From positions 16-64,015 of IMG/VR virus record IMGVR_UViG_2889676293_000002: DNA of 64,000 nt; one strand, written 5' to 3'. The notes beneath the pieces were generated by a model that saw only the letters and a program-made list of their open reading frames with translations, made no database searches and was not told the DNA's origin. This document shows, one piece after another, positions 48,232 through 57,149 of this stretch. Positions within the stretch are counted from its first letter, which is position 1; each line of letters starts with the position of its first letter. The position numbers were made by a program, and so were the translations under genes. Source of the stretch: a virus.

Positions 48232-48758
48232 TTAATGCAATGTAGCTGATTAACTCTGCTGCGCCAGTCTCGTGTGACAAGGACTACTCGACTATATAAT
48301 GTCTTAGCCAGCTTGACCATGTCGGCCATGAGCTCCATTGACTGGCGCTTACTGCCCAGCATCACGTCGAGCGAAATTTTCAGACTGTCGAGCTTGGTCT
48401 TTGCGTCGAGTACGTCGGTCGCAAACGACTTGAATTCTGACAGCGTGAAGGCCGCAATCAGCAGCTTTTGAAAGTTGCTGACTCTGCTTTCGAGATCCTT
48501 AAAATCGTTGCCCGTCTGCTGGGTGGTCTGCGAAGCGGTGGCTGCTGACTTTTTGAGCGAGGCGGTCTGCTCATCGATGGCATCGGTTACCTGACGAGAA
48601 GCCGCCACGACACGGATCATGCCGCGTTGCTGCTCATCGGCAAAAGTCGCCGCCTGCTGTTGGGCTTGTTTAGTGAGCTTGATGAGCTCAGCCACTTGAT
48701 CGTTAAGTGTTGGCAGGTCACTGACCGCCTGGACAACAACGCGAATAGGTTCGGACAC
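48228..48758 (-). pseudogene. Truncated tape-measure N-terminal fragment
   Basis: 95 of the first 152 aa identical (no gaps) to TMP at 37148; homology stops at ~48300, then 23 unrelated codons to a stop. Confidence 0.9.
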
Positions 48759-48822
48759 GTCTAGTGCATATGTGTGAGAGTGGGGTTTGGCCCGTCAGGT
48801 ACGTTCCTGATCTACTGCCCGG

Positions 48823-49107
48823 TTACTTGCTTTGCTGGGATTCCAGCCGGTCAATCTCTGCCCTGGTGTGGCGTATGTAGCCCGCTACGTATTCGAAGTA
48901 GGGCTCAACGGTACACTCAGTAAGCCATCGTAACCGTACAGGGTCTCCCTGCGCGATTCGATAGTGGTCGTCGTAGCGGGCATCAGCCCAAGCGATTCCT
49001 TCAGTAAGAGGATGCGCGTCAAATCCCAGATTTCCTCCTGATTCATGGCCCTCAAAGCAGACTGGGTAGCGCCCTCGTATAGCTGCTGTAAGGGCACGAA
49101 CTTTCCC
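48823..49107 (-). other. Putative -1 frameshift extension (GT-like)
   Basis: GGGAAAG at 49107-49101; the -1 frame stays open to TAA at 48825-48823. Confidence 0.65.
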
Positions 49108-49574
49108 AGCGGATCAGACGCAAACCGCCCATACAGCGAGGCATCACGTACCCAACTGGCTACTTTCTTTCGGTTGATGTCGGGGTCGTAGTCGAGTGGG
49201 TCTTCATCTTCACTCATGTACCAGAGTGACGCCAGTTCATACACCATCTGCACATCGATACCCAGCGACTGACGACTCTGCAACCGGCGAATGATGGCGT
49301 TGACTTCCAGCGACGGGGCGATATCGTCCGAGCCCGTTGCAATCAGCTTGATTTGTTGCTGGTTGAGATCGGCCATCAGCTTAAACGATGAGGTCAGCAC
49401 GTCATCAGTTAGCCGCAGCTCGTCGTGGCGCCGCATCAGATCGCCGATGGCTGCGTACCGTTTGATGCCGAGGTTTGCCCCTGAGTTGGTCGCACAGTAG
49501 TACGTTACGTCTTCGTGGGTAAAGGCTTCTTCGAGCAGGCCAGCGTCAAGCGCTTCTTCAAAGTTGGGGTGCAT
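48885..49574 (-). CDS. Tail assembly chaperone (G-like)
   Basis: Directly upstream of the first TMP start; contains in-frame G GGA AAG. Confidence 0.7.
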   Translation of the reverse strand: MHPNFEEALDAGLLEEAFTHEDVTYYCATNSGANLGIKRYAAIGDLMRRHDELRLTDDVLTSSFKLMADLNQQQIKLIATGSDDIAPSLEVNAIIRRLQSRQSLGIDVQMVYELASLWYMSEDEDPLDYDPDINRKKVASWVRDASLYGRFASDPLGKFVPLQQLYEGATQSALRAMNQEEIWDLTRILLLKESLGLMPATTTTIESRRETLYGYDGLLSVPLSPTSNT

Positions 49575-50112
49575 ACCGGCGATCTTGTGGTTTCAATTCC
49601 TGATAAAAGGCCGTCAAATCTTCGTGCGACACGCCTTCAATGGCGTACTGCATCGAATAGGCGTACAAACCCGGATCAAGCGACTTGGCCTTATCAGCAG
49701 GCCAGCCCAGAAACCGGCGCATGACGTCGGATGCATTGTCATCGATGCGACCAACGACCCGCACGTCGCGCACCGTCGGCAGTACCAGCATGAGCCGACC
49801 CATCACGCTAGGATCACGCGATAGCAGAATGATGCGCATGATGTAATCGTAGTAGGGGCGCTGAAAGGAACCGAACTGCTCGTAGCTGGTCACGTTGGCC
49901 CCCTGCGTGGTGTGGCACGACAGCCAGCCGAGCGAATCGTCATCGGTTACGGTTTCGCCCTCACTGGTGATCAGCGTCGTGCGGTTTTCCTCCTGACTGA
50001 AGACAGGGCGACACAGACCGAGCAGGCGCGACGGTCTGCCGTCCAGATTGTGCAGCGGACCGGGATAGTTGTCGAGGGCTGCGTTGATAGCGGTGATGGT
50101 TTCGGTAATCAT
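49558..50112 (-). CDS. Tail terminator/completion-like protein
   Basis: Position between neck genes and the chaperone. Confidence 0.45.
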   Translation of the reverse strand: MITETITAINAALDNYPGPLHNLDGRPSRLLGLCRPVFSQEENRTTLITSEGETVTDDDSLGWLSCHTTQGANVTSYEQFGSFQRPYYDYIMRIILLSRDPSVMGRLMLVLPTVRDVRVVGRIDDNASDVMRRFLGWPADKAKSLDPGLYAYSMQYAIEGVSHEDLTAFYQELKPQDRRYAPQL

Positions 50113-50363
50113 GATTTGAGCTTAAACTGTTTATAGAAGCCAAATAAGACAATCATGATCGTCTGACGACGCACCTCAAAAGCAATCAGCGATCGATAGA
50201 ATCGGCCACATTCGAGAAGAGAAAATCCATAGTGGCGTTTATGCTTAGGCTTTACCCGGTCGCGCCTGCTTTTCCAGATAGAGAAGAGGCGAAACGCGCC
50301 TATGTATGGCGCAAAGGCCCAGTATCCGTTCTCCCGCGTCCCCGCCTGATTACCTATTTCCAT
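50109..50363 (-). CDS. Small hypothetical protein
   Basis: Fills the operon gap with overlapping ends. Confidence 0.45.
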   Translation of the reverse strand: MEIGNQAGTRENGYWAFAPYIGAFRLFSIWKSRRDRVKPKHKRHYGFSLLECGRFYRSLIAFEVRRQTIMIVLFGFYKQFKLKS

Positions 50364-50368
50364 TGGTT

Positions 50369-50839
50369 TTACTGCTTTAGTTTTACGTGTAATCGATCTT
50401 TAAACCCATCCGTCACGGCCTCCCGCTCGTCGTTTGACGGCCCAAACGAAGGCCCGAAATAGGCTTCGAGGTATTCGGCTCGGTCGGCTGCCTCCTGCGT
50501 GGCAAAGCCGCCCGTTGCCTGCCGTGGCTCCGACGACAATACCTTCCACTCGTTGAACATGTCGCCGCTATTGGTAAAGTCGACCCGATCAGTCTGCCGA
50601 CCCCGTTCAGTGCGCTTCTTACCGTAGCCCCGCGAATAGGCACCGAGCCGCTTGGCTGATTTGGTGCGCAATGCCTGGCCGTTCTGTCCTTTGCCGTTCT
50701 GCTGAATCCGGTGTGCGATCAACGCCAACGCGTCGTGTGCTGCTTCAGCCAGGTTCTCCTGCAAGTCGTTTTCAGCGCCTGAGATAGTAGCCATCAGCCG
50801 TTGCAGCACACGTTCCGCGTTGGTTTCGATCTTGTACAT
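50369..50839 (-). CDS. Neck / virion morphogenesis protein
   Basis: RIQQNG...AYSRGY.KKR..RGRQTDRVDFTNSGDM...FG.S..E. Confidence 0.6.
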   Translation of the reverse strand: MYKIETNAERVLQRLMATISGAENDLQENLAEAAHDALALIAHRIQQNGKGQNGQALRTKSAKRLGAYSRGYGKKRTERGRQTDRVDFTNSGDMFNEWKVLSSEPRQATGGFATQEAADRAEYLEAYFGPSFGPSNDEREAVTDGFKDRLHVKLKQ

Positions 50840-50848
50840 GGGGCAGTT

Positions 50849-51073
50849 TTAGTCCTTCCAGGTAAGCGCCTTTACAGCCCACATCTGCGCGGTCTGCAAT
50901 TCAGTAATTGCCACACTACAGAGTCGCTTTTGCTCACCGCTCGTTGATGAGTTGCGGAGATTGTTCATCTCGTCAATCCGGTCAGCAAAGCCCTGCTTAC
51001 ACTGGCCGACAGCATCTGAATTTGAAGGGTTGAATGAGAGGCCTACTGCCTTTTGTCCGAACGTCTGTTCCAT
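50849..51073 (-). CDS. Acb2/Tad1-like helical-hairpin protein
   Basis: TFGQKAVGLSFNPS...KQGFADRID...RLCSVAITELQTAQMWAVKALTW. Confidence 0.6.
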   Translation of the reverse strand: MEQTFGQKAVGLSFNPSNSDAVGQCKQGFADRIDEMNNLRNSSTSGEQKRLCSVAITELQTAQMWAVKALTWKD

Positions 51074-51152
51074 GTCTGATTATGTGCGGCGAAAACCGCG
51101 GTTAGATTGAATTGTAAGGGGTTTGCTGACTATTCATAGTCAGGTATGAATA

Positions 51153-51578
51153 TTATCCGATCTCTTCCAGGTGGATATTTAGCTCTTTCAGATCGAGCCG
51201 TAGTTGCAGGGCTTGAATAGGAGCGCTGCCGTACACCACTGCCAGCATGCCATCATACAGGAATTGGAGCCGATGCATGAAGCTGGTCGTACGCCACACC
51301 GCTACAGGGCTACCGTTAGCGTCGTAGGTTTCCACATTGCCAACATCGCCCTCGCCCCGCCAAACGGTGTGCGGCTGAACCAACGGCATAGGTTCCAGAA
51401 ACGGGTGACAGTCATCAGCGGCACAGGACAGGTAGCCGCGCATGATTCCGATCAACAGGTTTTTGGCTGCTTCATCGTTGGCCAAGCTGGCTAAACGCTC
51501 CAACTCCTGCGCCGTGTTGGCCATTGCTGGGTTGATCTTAGCCAGTTCAATTAATTCGTTTGTCTGTTGCTCTGTCAT
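51153..51578 (-). CDS. Hypothetical protein
   Basis: Late operon. Confidence 0.55.
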   Translation of the reverse strand: MTEQQTNELIELAKINPAMANTAQELERLASLANDEAAKNLLIGIMRGYLSCAADDCHPFLEPMPLVQPHTVWRGEGDVGNVETYDANGSPVAVWRTTSFMHRLQFLYDGMLAVVYGSAPIQALQLRLDLKELNIHLEEIG

Positions 51579-51589
51579 ACGGGTAATTG

Positions 51590-52576
51590 TTACACTAATG
51601 AAATCGGGTAGTACCCCGGTTGATCGTCTGGATCAGGCACCACGATAGAGGCAGGCGCTGCGTTGATCTCGGTCACGATGCGACGGGCCAGCGGTTTGAG
51701 CAGCACGGTTGCCTCGTCGATAAATTCGACCTCCTTCTCCCTGGCGAATTCCAGATTGGTGTTGGTGTACAGGTTGATTCGATTCGACCCCCGCTTATCA
51801 GCCATCAGCAAACTGCCGAGTATGTGATTGTAGCAGTCAGCCAGATCAGCGGCAAAGCCTTCGATGACGCTGTCGAGCGAATGGCTGACGGTCGCCGCAA
51901 TCCAGACAAAGGCGCTTCTGGCCGCAAACCCTGACGCATCCAACGTATTTGGCACCAACGCGCCCGTTGTCATCGTGACACCCGAGTCGCCCGTCATGGC
52001 GTTCGCTGATGCACCAAGTTCCTTGAGCGATAACGCCGAGGCGTCAATGCCGACAAACACGTCAAGCCCGTACATATCGACAGGTAGCTTGATGTTGCCC
52101 AGTGACGAGTAAGGCCCGCGCCCACCACTGCGCGCAATGGTTTTCTCAGTGACCGTCTTTTGGTTGAGGTCAACGATCTTGACGGGCAGGTTGAAGGCAC
52201 CCACTTCGGCGATCTCGACAATCAGCGACTGAATCACCAACTGACGATAGGGCGAATACGGTACCGTAAACCGGCAACCGTACCAATCAAAGGGCTCTAG
52301 TAAGGTTGCAATCATCGTGTCTTTGAGTTTCCAGACCGATGTTTGCGCGACGGTGTGCTGAAACTCACCGGTTTTGTTAAACTCGTTTTCCAGCATCGAC
52401 CGCAGCTTAGTCAGGGCCAGCCGGTTGATGCGTTCCCACGTTTCGGCTGCTGACTGATCGTCTTTGCGCACCGCGTTGACCAGTTGGGTACTCATGCCGG
52501 GCAGGTCGTTGACCCAGACAGGGACGTCGGTGGCGATGCCACGCAGACCGACGTAGGAAGCAAAGGGATTAGTCAT
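51590..52576 (-). CDS. Structural protein (head-tail adaptor-like, putative)
   Basis: YVGLRG...VWVNDLPGMS; precedes the neck genes. Confidence 0.5.
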   Translation of the reverse strand: MTNPFASYVGLRGIATDVPVWVNDLPGMSTQLVNAVRKDDQSAAETWERINRLALTKLRSMLENEFNKTGEFQHTVAQTSVWKLKDTMIATLLEPFDWYGCRFTVPYSPYRQLVIQSLIVEIAEVGAFNLPVKIVDLNQKTVTEKTIARSGGRGPYSSLGNIKLPVDMYGLDVFVGIDASALSLKELGASANAMTGDSGVTMTTGALVPNTLDASGFAARSAFVWIAATVSHSLDSVIEGFAADLADCYNHILGSLLMADKRGSNRINLYTNTNLEFAREKEVEFIDEATVLLKPLARRIVTEINAAPASIVVPDPDDQPGYYPISLV

Positions 52577-52579
52577 TGA

Positions 52580-53497
52580 TTAGGCCTTAGCGGCTGCTTG
52601 GTATTCTTGAGCTTTGTTGAGCAGTGCTACCGCTTTGCTGTGCGCTTCGTCTGCTTTGGCTTTATAGTCATCAGCCTCTTTGACCCACTCAGCAGCCTGG
52701 GCCGCTACATGATCCGATAGATCAAGGGCACGTACCTGTATTTGTCGTTTAACCTCAGAGGCTATACTGATGCCTACCATCAGATCCTCGCCATAATGGC
52801 CAGTGAGCAGATCAACGCAGTAGCTAACTGCATCTTCGTCATTGGCGAATGTTGGCATAGCAGGCTCTTTCCAGGCATCGGCTATTTTATCGACACAGCC
52901 GAACTCGGTGCAAGCCACATGGCCGCAATCGCCTTTGCATTCGCTTTGCACTTCCTTTGCAGTTTCTGGCTGTTTTGCAAAGAGATTGGCAAAGGGATTC
53001 GGGCTGTCGATCGCCTGATCACTCGCCACTGGCATAGGTTTAGCCAACTCTTTAGCCAACGTACCGTCAGCGTCCATCTCGGCCATTTCCTCGCCAAACG
53101 TCTGTTCCGTCACCTTGATAGGTTTCGGTATTGGCTTGCTAGATTCTGGTACCGACTTGATAGGTTCGGGCGCTACTTCCTTAGTGGCTGGCTGCTCATC
53201 CTTTGGCGTGAAGAACTGAATGCCTGGCTTCTTATTCTTGGCCCGCTTTTCCTGCTGCAACACCTCGATTGGCGTAATGGTCAACAGCTTGGCCGTACGG
53301 GTAAACTGATCACCATCGGCCAGTAGATTCTTCTCAATGCATTCCAGATCGCGCAATGCATCGAAGAAGCCAGCATTGACTTTGTAGGAATTGGTGAAGG
53401 CAACCACGTCAATCGGCACCTGTTTTGCTTCTTTCAGCGTACCTACTAGCTCGAATAGGGCTTTGGTGTAGCGTTCTTCCTGTGTAGTCGTTTTCAT
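52580..53497 (-). CDS. Hypothetical protein
   Basis: Pro/Lys/Glu linker, Cys cluster, coiled-coil end. Confidence 0.6.
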   Translation of the reverse strand: MKTTTQEERYTKALFELVGTLKEAKQVPIDVVAFTNSYKVNAGFFDALRDLECIEKNLLADGDQFTRTAKLLTITPIEVLQQEKRAKNKKPGIQFFTPKDEQPATKEVAPEPIKSVPESSKPIPKPIKVTEQTFGEEMAEMDADGTLAKELAKPMPVASDQAIDSPNPFANLFAKQPETAKEVQSECKGDCGHVACTEFGCVDKIADAWKEPAMPTFANDEDAVSYCVDLLTGHYGEDLMVGISIASEVKRQIQVRALDLSDHVAAQAAEWVKEADDYKAKADEAHSKAVALLNKAQEYQAAAKA

Positions 53498-53559
53498 TAT
53501 TCAGGGATTATGTGCCGGATTATGGCGGGTTTGATAAAGAATCGTAGGACAAAAAGCAG

Positions 53560-54912
53560 TTAGCCCGTTTTCTGGATGCGCTGAAAGGTGCTGTATTCGA
53601 AGTTGCAGAGTGCGTAGCGGAACGTATCGCCCATGTGGCCGTAGTTCTTCTTGTCACAGTCTTTCTTATCCAGGCTACCGTCAGACAGGCGACGCATGCG
53701 CTTGACGTCAGAGGCCAGTACCGGGCATTTGGTGCTGTCGATGGTCAGCTTGCTGTTATAGTGGGAAATCAGCGCATTCGATACGAAGCAGCTGGAGTCG
53801 GTGCCGATGTTACTGGTTGGTACCTGGTCGTAGTTGCAGAACCTGGCCCCGTACTGGCTCATGTAGCCGCGAATCAGTTGCCACGCCGACTTATTGCCCT
53901 TCGTGTAAGCCGATGCATTGTTACCCGACGCATCACCCGTAAAGTGCAGGAAGTTGCGGCCGTAGCGCTGGGCCAGTTCCTTACAAACACCTTCCAGGTC
54001 CAGCCCCTCGATGTGTAGCTCTTCGATAAACTGCAACCCGCCGCCCTGCTTTTGCATGACCAGGACCGAGTTGGTGACGTTAAAGTCAAAGCTGAGGTAG
54101 ATGGGCACCTTTGGATCGTAGGTGCAGGTACCGAAGTAGTTGGCGCCTTTGACCAGCAACCGGTGGAAGTAGGGGTTTTCGGGCCGTGGCACCCCCCATT
54201 TGCCGAGCGCGTCAATCTCGAACTTGTCGGGGTCAACGGTTTCGAGCCAGGCAAAGAACTCGTAGGCTGACTGCGGACAAAAGGGGTTGTCGCCATAATT
54301 GGCCAGCACCCGATTACTAGGTATCGTCTTCTTATCGAAGATGTCTTTGTAGATCCAGCTATCAATCGAAATCGGGTTAAACGTGAAGTGAAACCGGGGA
54401 GGAATGCCCTGGCTATTCCGCAGCGAACCGAACATGCTCAAAAAGTCCTTCTGGCCGATCTCGCCTTTATCGGTAATCGGTTCCTCAACCCAGATGTCAG
54501 TCGGGTCAGCAATCGACATAATCTTCTGCGGATTGTCGAAGGAACCGGCCAGCATGATATTACCGGTGCGGGTGTTGAGAATCGTGTAATCCGAATCCCG
54601 GCACACGAACTGATCAGATAGCCACTTCTGCCCGTTGATAATATCCTTGAATAGCTGGTACTGGCTGTTCTTGACGTCCGTCTGATTCTGACGGGCATAA
54701 ATCACCCGGCAATATTTAGCCTCAGCAGACCGGGCCAGTAGCTCCCTGGCTTTGGTAGCTGATTTAGCCGAGAAGCGCGACCCGTACCAGATTTGAACGG
54801 GTGCCTCGTCAAAGAGATGCGGTATGAAGACGTCAGGCACCACAAAACAGCCATCCGGTACCGGGCGACCAATGAAACGCGACGCTGGCAGGAAGTTAAT
54901 TACCTGACCCAT
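53560..54912 (-). CDS. Terminase large subunit (PBSX-like)
   Basis: YGSRFSAKS Walker A variant, IWVEE Walker B, TFNP, nuclease SFDFN...GDASG...HMGDTFRY. Confidence 0.9.
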   Translation of the reverse strand: MGQVINFLPASRFIGRPVPDGCFVVPDVFIPHLFDEAPVQIWYGSRFSAKSATKARELLARSAEAKYCRVIYARQNQTDVKNSQYQLFKDIINGQKWLSDQFVCRDSDYTILNTRTGNIMLAGSFDNPQKIMSIADPTDIWVEEPITDKGEIGQKDFLSMFGSLRNSQGIPPRFHFTFNPISIDSWIYKDIFDKKTIPSNRVLANYGDNPFCPQSAYEFFAWLETVDPDKFEIDALGKWGVPRPENPYFHRLLVKGANYFGTCTYDPKVPIYLSFDFNVTNSVLVMQKQGGGLQFIEELHIEGLDLEGVCKELAQRYGRNFLHFTGDASGNNASAYTKGNKSAWQLIRGYMSQYGARFCNYDQVPTSNIGTDSSCFVSNALISHYNSKLTIDSTKCPVLASDVKRMRRLSDGSLDKKDCDKKNYGHMGDTFRYALCNFEYSTFQRIQKTG

Positions 54913-55399
54913 CGCCGCCCTGTTTCTGGAATGCTTCGAAGGCGTCGATCTCTTCAGCCGTCCAGGCTTTGAGTTTAGCGCCGCCTTTATCGTCGACTAC
55001 GATCTCTTTGGAGTCGCGCCACTTCTTGGGTTGCCGGTTGCGCAGCCACAGCGACGCCGCCTGCGTGTCAGGTGGGTAATGCTTGACCGTGTCGGTCGCC
55101 GTGACTTCCCCCTCGTAGGTGCTGAAATGCGTGTCGGGATGCGAGTAGCCTTTTGCCCGGTTGTACAGCGATTCAGCGATCTCGGCGTCAGCTATAATCT
55201 TCCCGCGTTGAATGGAGTCCGAAAAACTTGGATGCTCATTTTTCCACTTATACAGGGTTGACTCCGCTATCTGGAAAAAGTCGGCTAACTCTTCATCGGT
55301 AGCCCCCAGTAAACACAGCTTTCGAGCCTGCTCATCAAAGGCAGGCTGATAGTCTGACGAACGGCCAGGCGAATAACTATTCCCCGCAGGTGCAGGCAT
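54896..55399 (-). CDS. Terminase small subunit
   Basis: LCLLGATDEELADFF....STLYKWK..HPSF...ESLYNRAKGY...HYPPDTQAA..WLRNRQP.KWRD. Confidence 0.9.
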   Translation of the reverse strand: MPAPAGNSYSPGRSSDYQPAFDEQARKLCLLGATDEELADFFQIAESTLYKWKNEHPSFSDSIQRGKIIADAEIAESLYNRAKGYSHPDTHFSTYEGEVTATDTVKHYPPDTQAASLWLRNRQPKKWRDSKEIVVDDKGGAKLKAWTAEEIDAFEAFQKQGGDGSGN

Positions 55400-55418
55400 A
55401 ACGTATGTAGTTGAATGG

Positions 55419-55535
55419 TTGACAAATATAATTATCTGTCAATATGATTCAAGCCGTTTATACACCGTTTAGCGACCATTTACATTATTTGTCAATCTTT
55501 ATACTTGACAGATATTTATATTAATGCTATATTTG
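55419..55535. promoter_or_regulatory. Divergent late/early promoters with operator-like motifs
   Basis: TTGACAAATATAATTATCTGTCAA 55419-55442 (TTGACA/TGTCAA arms; contains minus-strand TATATTTG); TTGACAGATATTTA 55505-55518; TATATTTG 55528-55535. Confidence 0.7.
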
Positions 55536-55565
55536 TTCATCGAATAACAGCAACACATACACACT

Positions 55566-55844
55566 ATGAAATCACACGTTTTCACCCTCGCCGCCGCCCT
55601 TCGCCGCAAAGGTCTTTCCCTCTCCGAGTCACTGCGTAAGGCATGGGCTACCGTTAAGCTCCGCGCCTCAATGGCCGTTAAGCCGACCACATTCTTCTAC
55701 ACGAAAGGCGACGGTACAATGCGCTGGGCCGTGGGTTCGCTCGAATTCCCCGCTACGGATGCCCCCGGTGCCGTAGTCCGCTACTACGATATGCTGGCGC
55801 GTGACTACCGTTCATTCCGCGCCGACCGCCTGATTGTCGATTAG
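55566..55844 (+). CDS. SH3-barrel WYL_2/DUF2693-like protein
   Basis: FFYTKGDGTMRWAVGSL...YYDM...DYRSFRADRL. Confidence 0.7.
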   Translation: MKSHVFTLAAALRRKGLSLSESLRKAWATVKLRASMAVKPTTFFYTKGDGTMRWAVGSLEFPATDAPGAVVRYYDMLARDYRSFRADRLIVD

Positions 55845-55905
55845 TCTTTACCCGGCCGGGTAGGTTGCCCGGCCCTTTTTTCACTCTCTTACTTTCTCCC
55901 TTACT

Positions 55906-56571
55906 ATGTCTAAGACAGACACCCCAATTGCCGCCATCCCTACCGATGCCGCCCCATTCGTAAAACCGTACCAAATGATTCACGAGGGTACAGGTGAGGT
56001 TATCAGCAAATACAAATACCTCGAAGGCCACCCCCGCCAATATCGGTTTGATGCCAAAGAGGGCGTATTCAATATCAACGGTCTGGAAAAGCTGGGCCGG
56101 ACGCTTACGTTTCAGCCGATCGCGTGGCGAATCTTCACCGACAATATCCTGAACATGGGTGTCAAGAACTGGGCTGAGGTCTTCTTCATCGACGAAAAAG
56201 GCTGTGTCTCTGCCGTTCTGTTTCATGGCTTTTCTGTCGATAATATCTTTCGGTTGATCGAGCCGCTGTACTACGACGATCTGACCCTTGCCGATGTCGT
56301 GATTACGGCTGTGGCTGAGAAGAAGGAGAACAATAAAATCCAGCCTAAAGGGATTTACTACATCGCCGACTTTTCGTACAAGATGGCCGAACCTGAAAAG
56401 TCGAAGGAGTTGAAGCTGTTCGCTCAGGATTACAAGGTCTTTCGTCAGGAAACGTTGACTGACATCGCCAACATCAAAACGGCTTTCAACTACTACAATC
56501 CGTTCGCCCACGCGATTGATGAGCCGCAACAGCCCGCTCAACTGCCAACCGGCGAAGCTCTTACTCAGTAA
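55906..56571 (+). CDS. Hypothetical protein (possible ssDNA-binding)
   Basis: Beta-rich; position in the recombination operon. Confidence 0.55.
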   Translation: MSKTDTPIAAIPTDAAPFVKPYQMIHEGTGEVISKYKYLEGHPRQYRFDAKEGVFNINGLEKLGRTLTFQPIAWRIFTDNILNMGVKNWAEVFFIDEKGCVSAVLFHGFSVDNIFRLIEPLYYDDLTLADVVITAVAEKKENNKIQPKGIYYIADFSYKMAEPEKSKELKLFAQDYKVFRQETLTDIANIKTAFNYYNPFAHAIDEPQQPAQLPTGEALTQ

Positions 56572-56651
56572 AATTTGGTGTGGATAAGCAGTAAAGGGCC
56601 GAGCTACTTGGTTCGGCCCTTTCTTCTCAGTCCACGTAATCAAGCCCCAAT

Positions 56652-57116
56652 ATGCTACTAGGATTCAAGACCCAAATCAAGGGCAGACCAACGGGATTTG
56701 TCAACAAGATTTTAGCCTGTTCAGAAGTTGCGCGTGGCATCACACACGCTATGCCTATGCCGCCAATTGACACCCCTCGTCCCAAAGTTCACACTATACG
56801 CGAAGATCAGCACAAGCGATGGAAGCCCGGCATGACGGTTCACTTCGCTACTGGCATACGCACAAAGCAGTATTGTCAGTTTGGAGTCGGCATCTGCAAA
56901 TCGGTACAGAAGATTGTGATTCACGCTAACCCGATGGGCATTTTCATGATCCAGGTCGACGGCCGCGTACTGAGCAATATCGAATGTATGAAACTGTCTC
57001 TTGACGATGGGTTTGACCAGTTCAGCGATTTTGAAAGCTGGTTTGCTAATGATGCCATCGAAGCAGGAGGTTCCAAAACCTACCGGCTCATTCACTGGAC
57101 TGACTTAAAATATTAA
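56652..57116 (+). CDS. ASCH/PUA-like protein
   Basis: KVHTIRE...WKPG..VHFATGIRTK...DDGF..F..WF...IHWTDLKY. Confidence 0.65.
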   Translation: MLLGFKTQIKGRPTGFVNKILACSEVARGITHAMPMPPIDTPRPKVHTIREDQHKRWKPGMTVHFATGIRTKQYCQFGVGICKSVQKIVIHANPMGIFMIQVDGRVLSNIECMKLSLDDGFDQFSDFESWFANDAIEAGGSKTYRLIHWTDLKY

Positions 57117-57149
57117 TCATACCCCCACACTTACCCCCAACATACCCCA

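Noticed and set aside
37150-48300. Island as an autonomous satellite (PICI-like) or transposon
   Set aside because: No integrase, transposase, primase or terminal repeats inside it.
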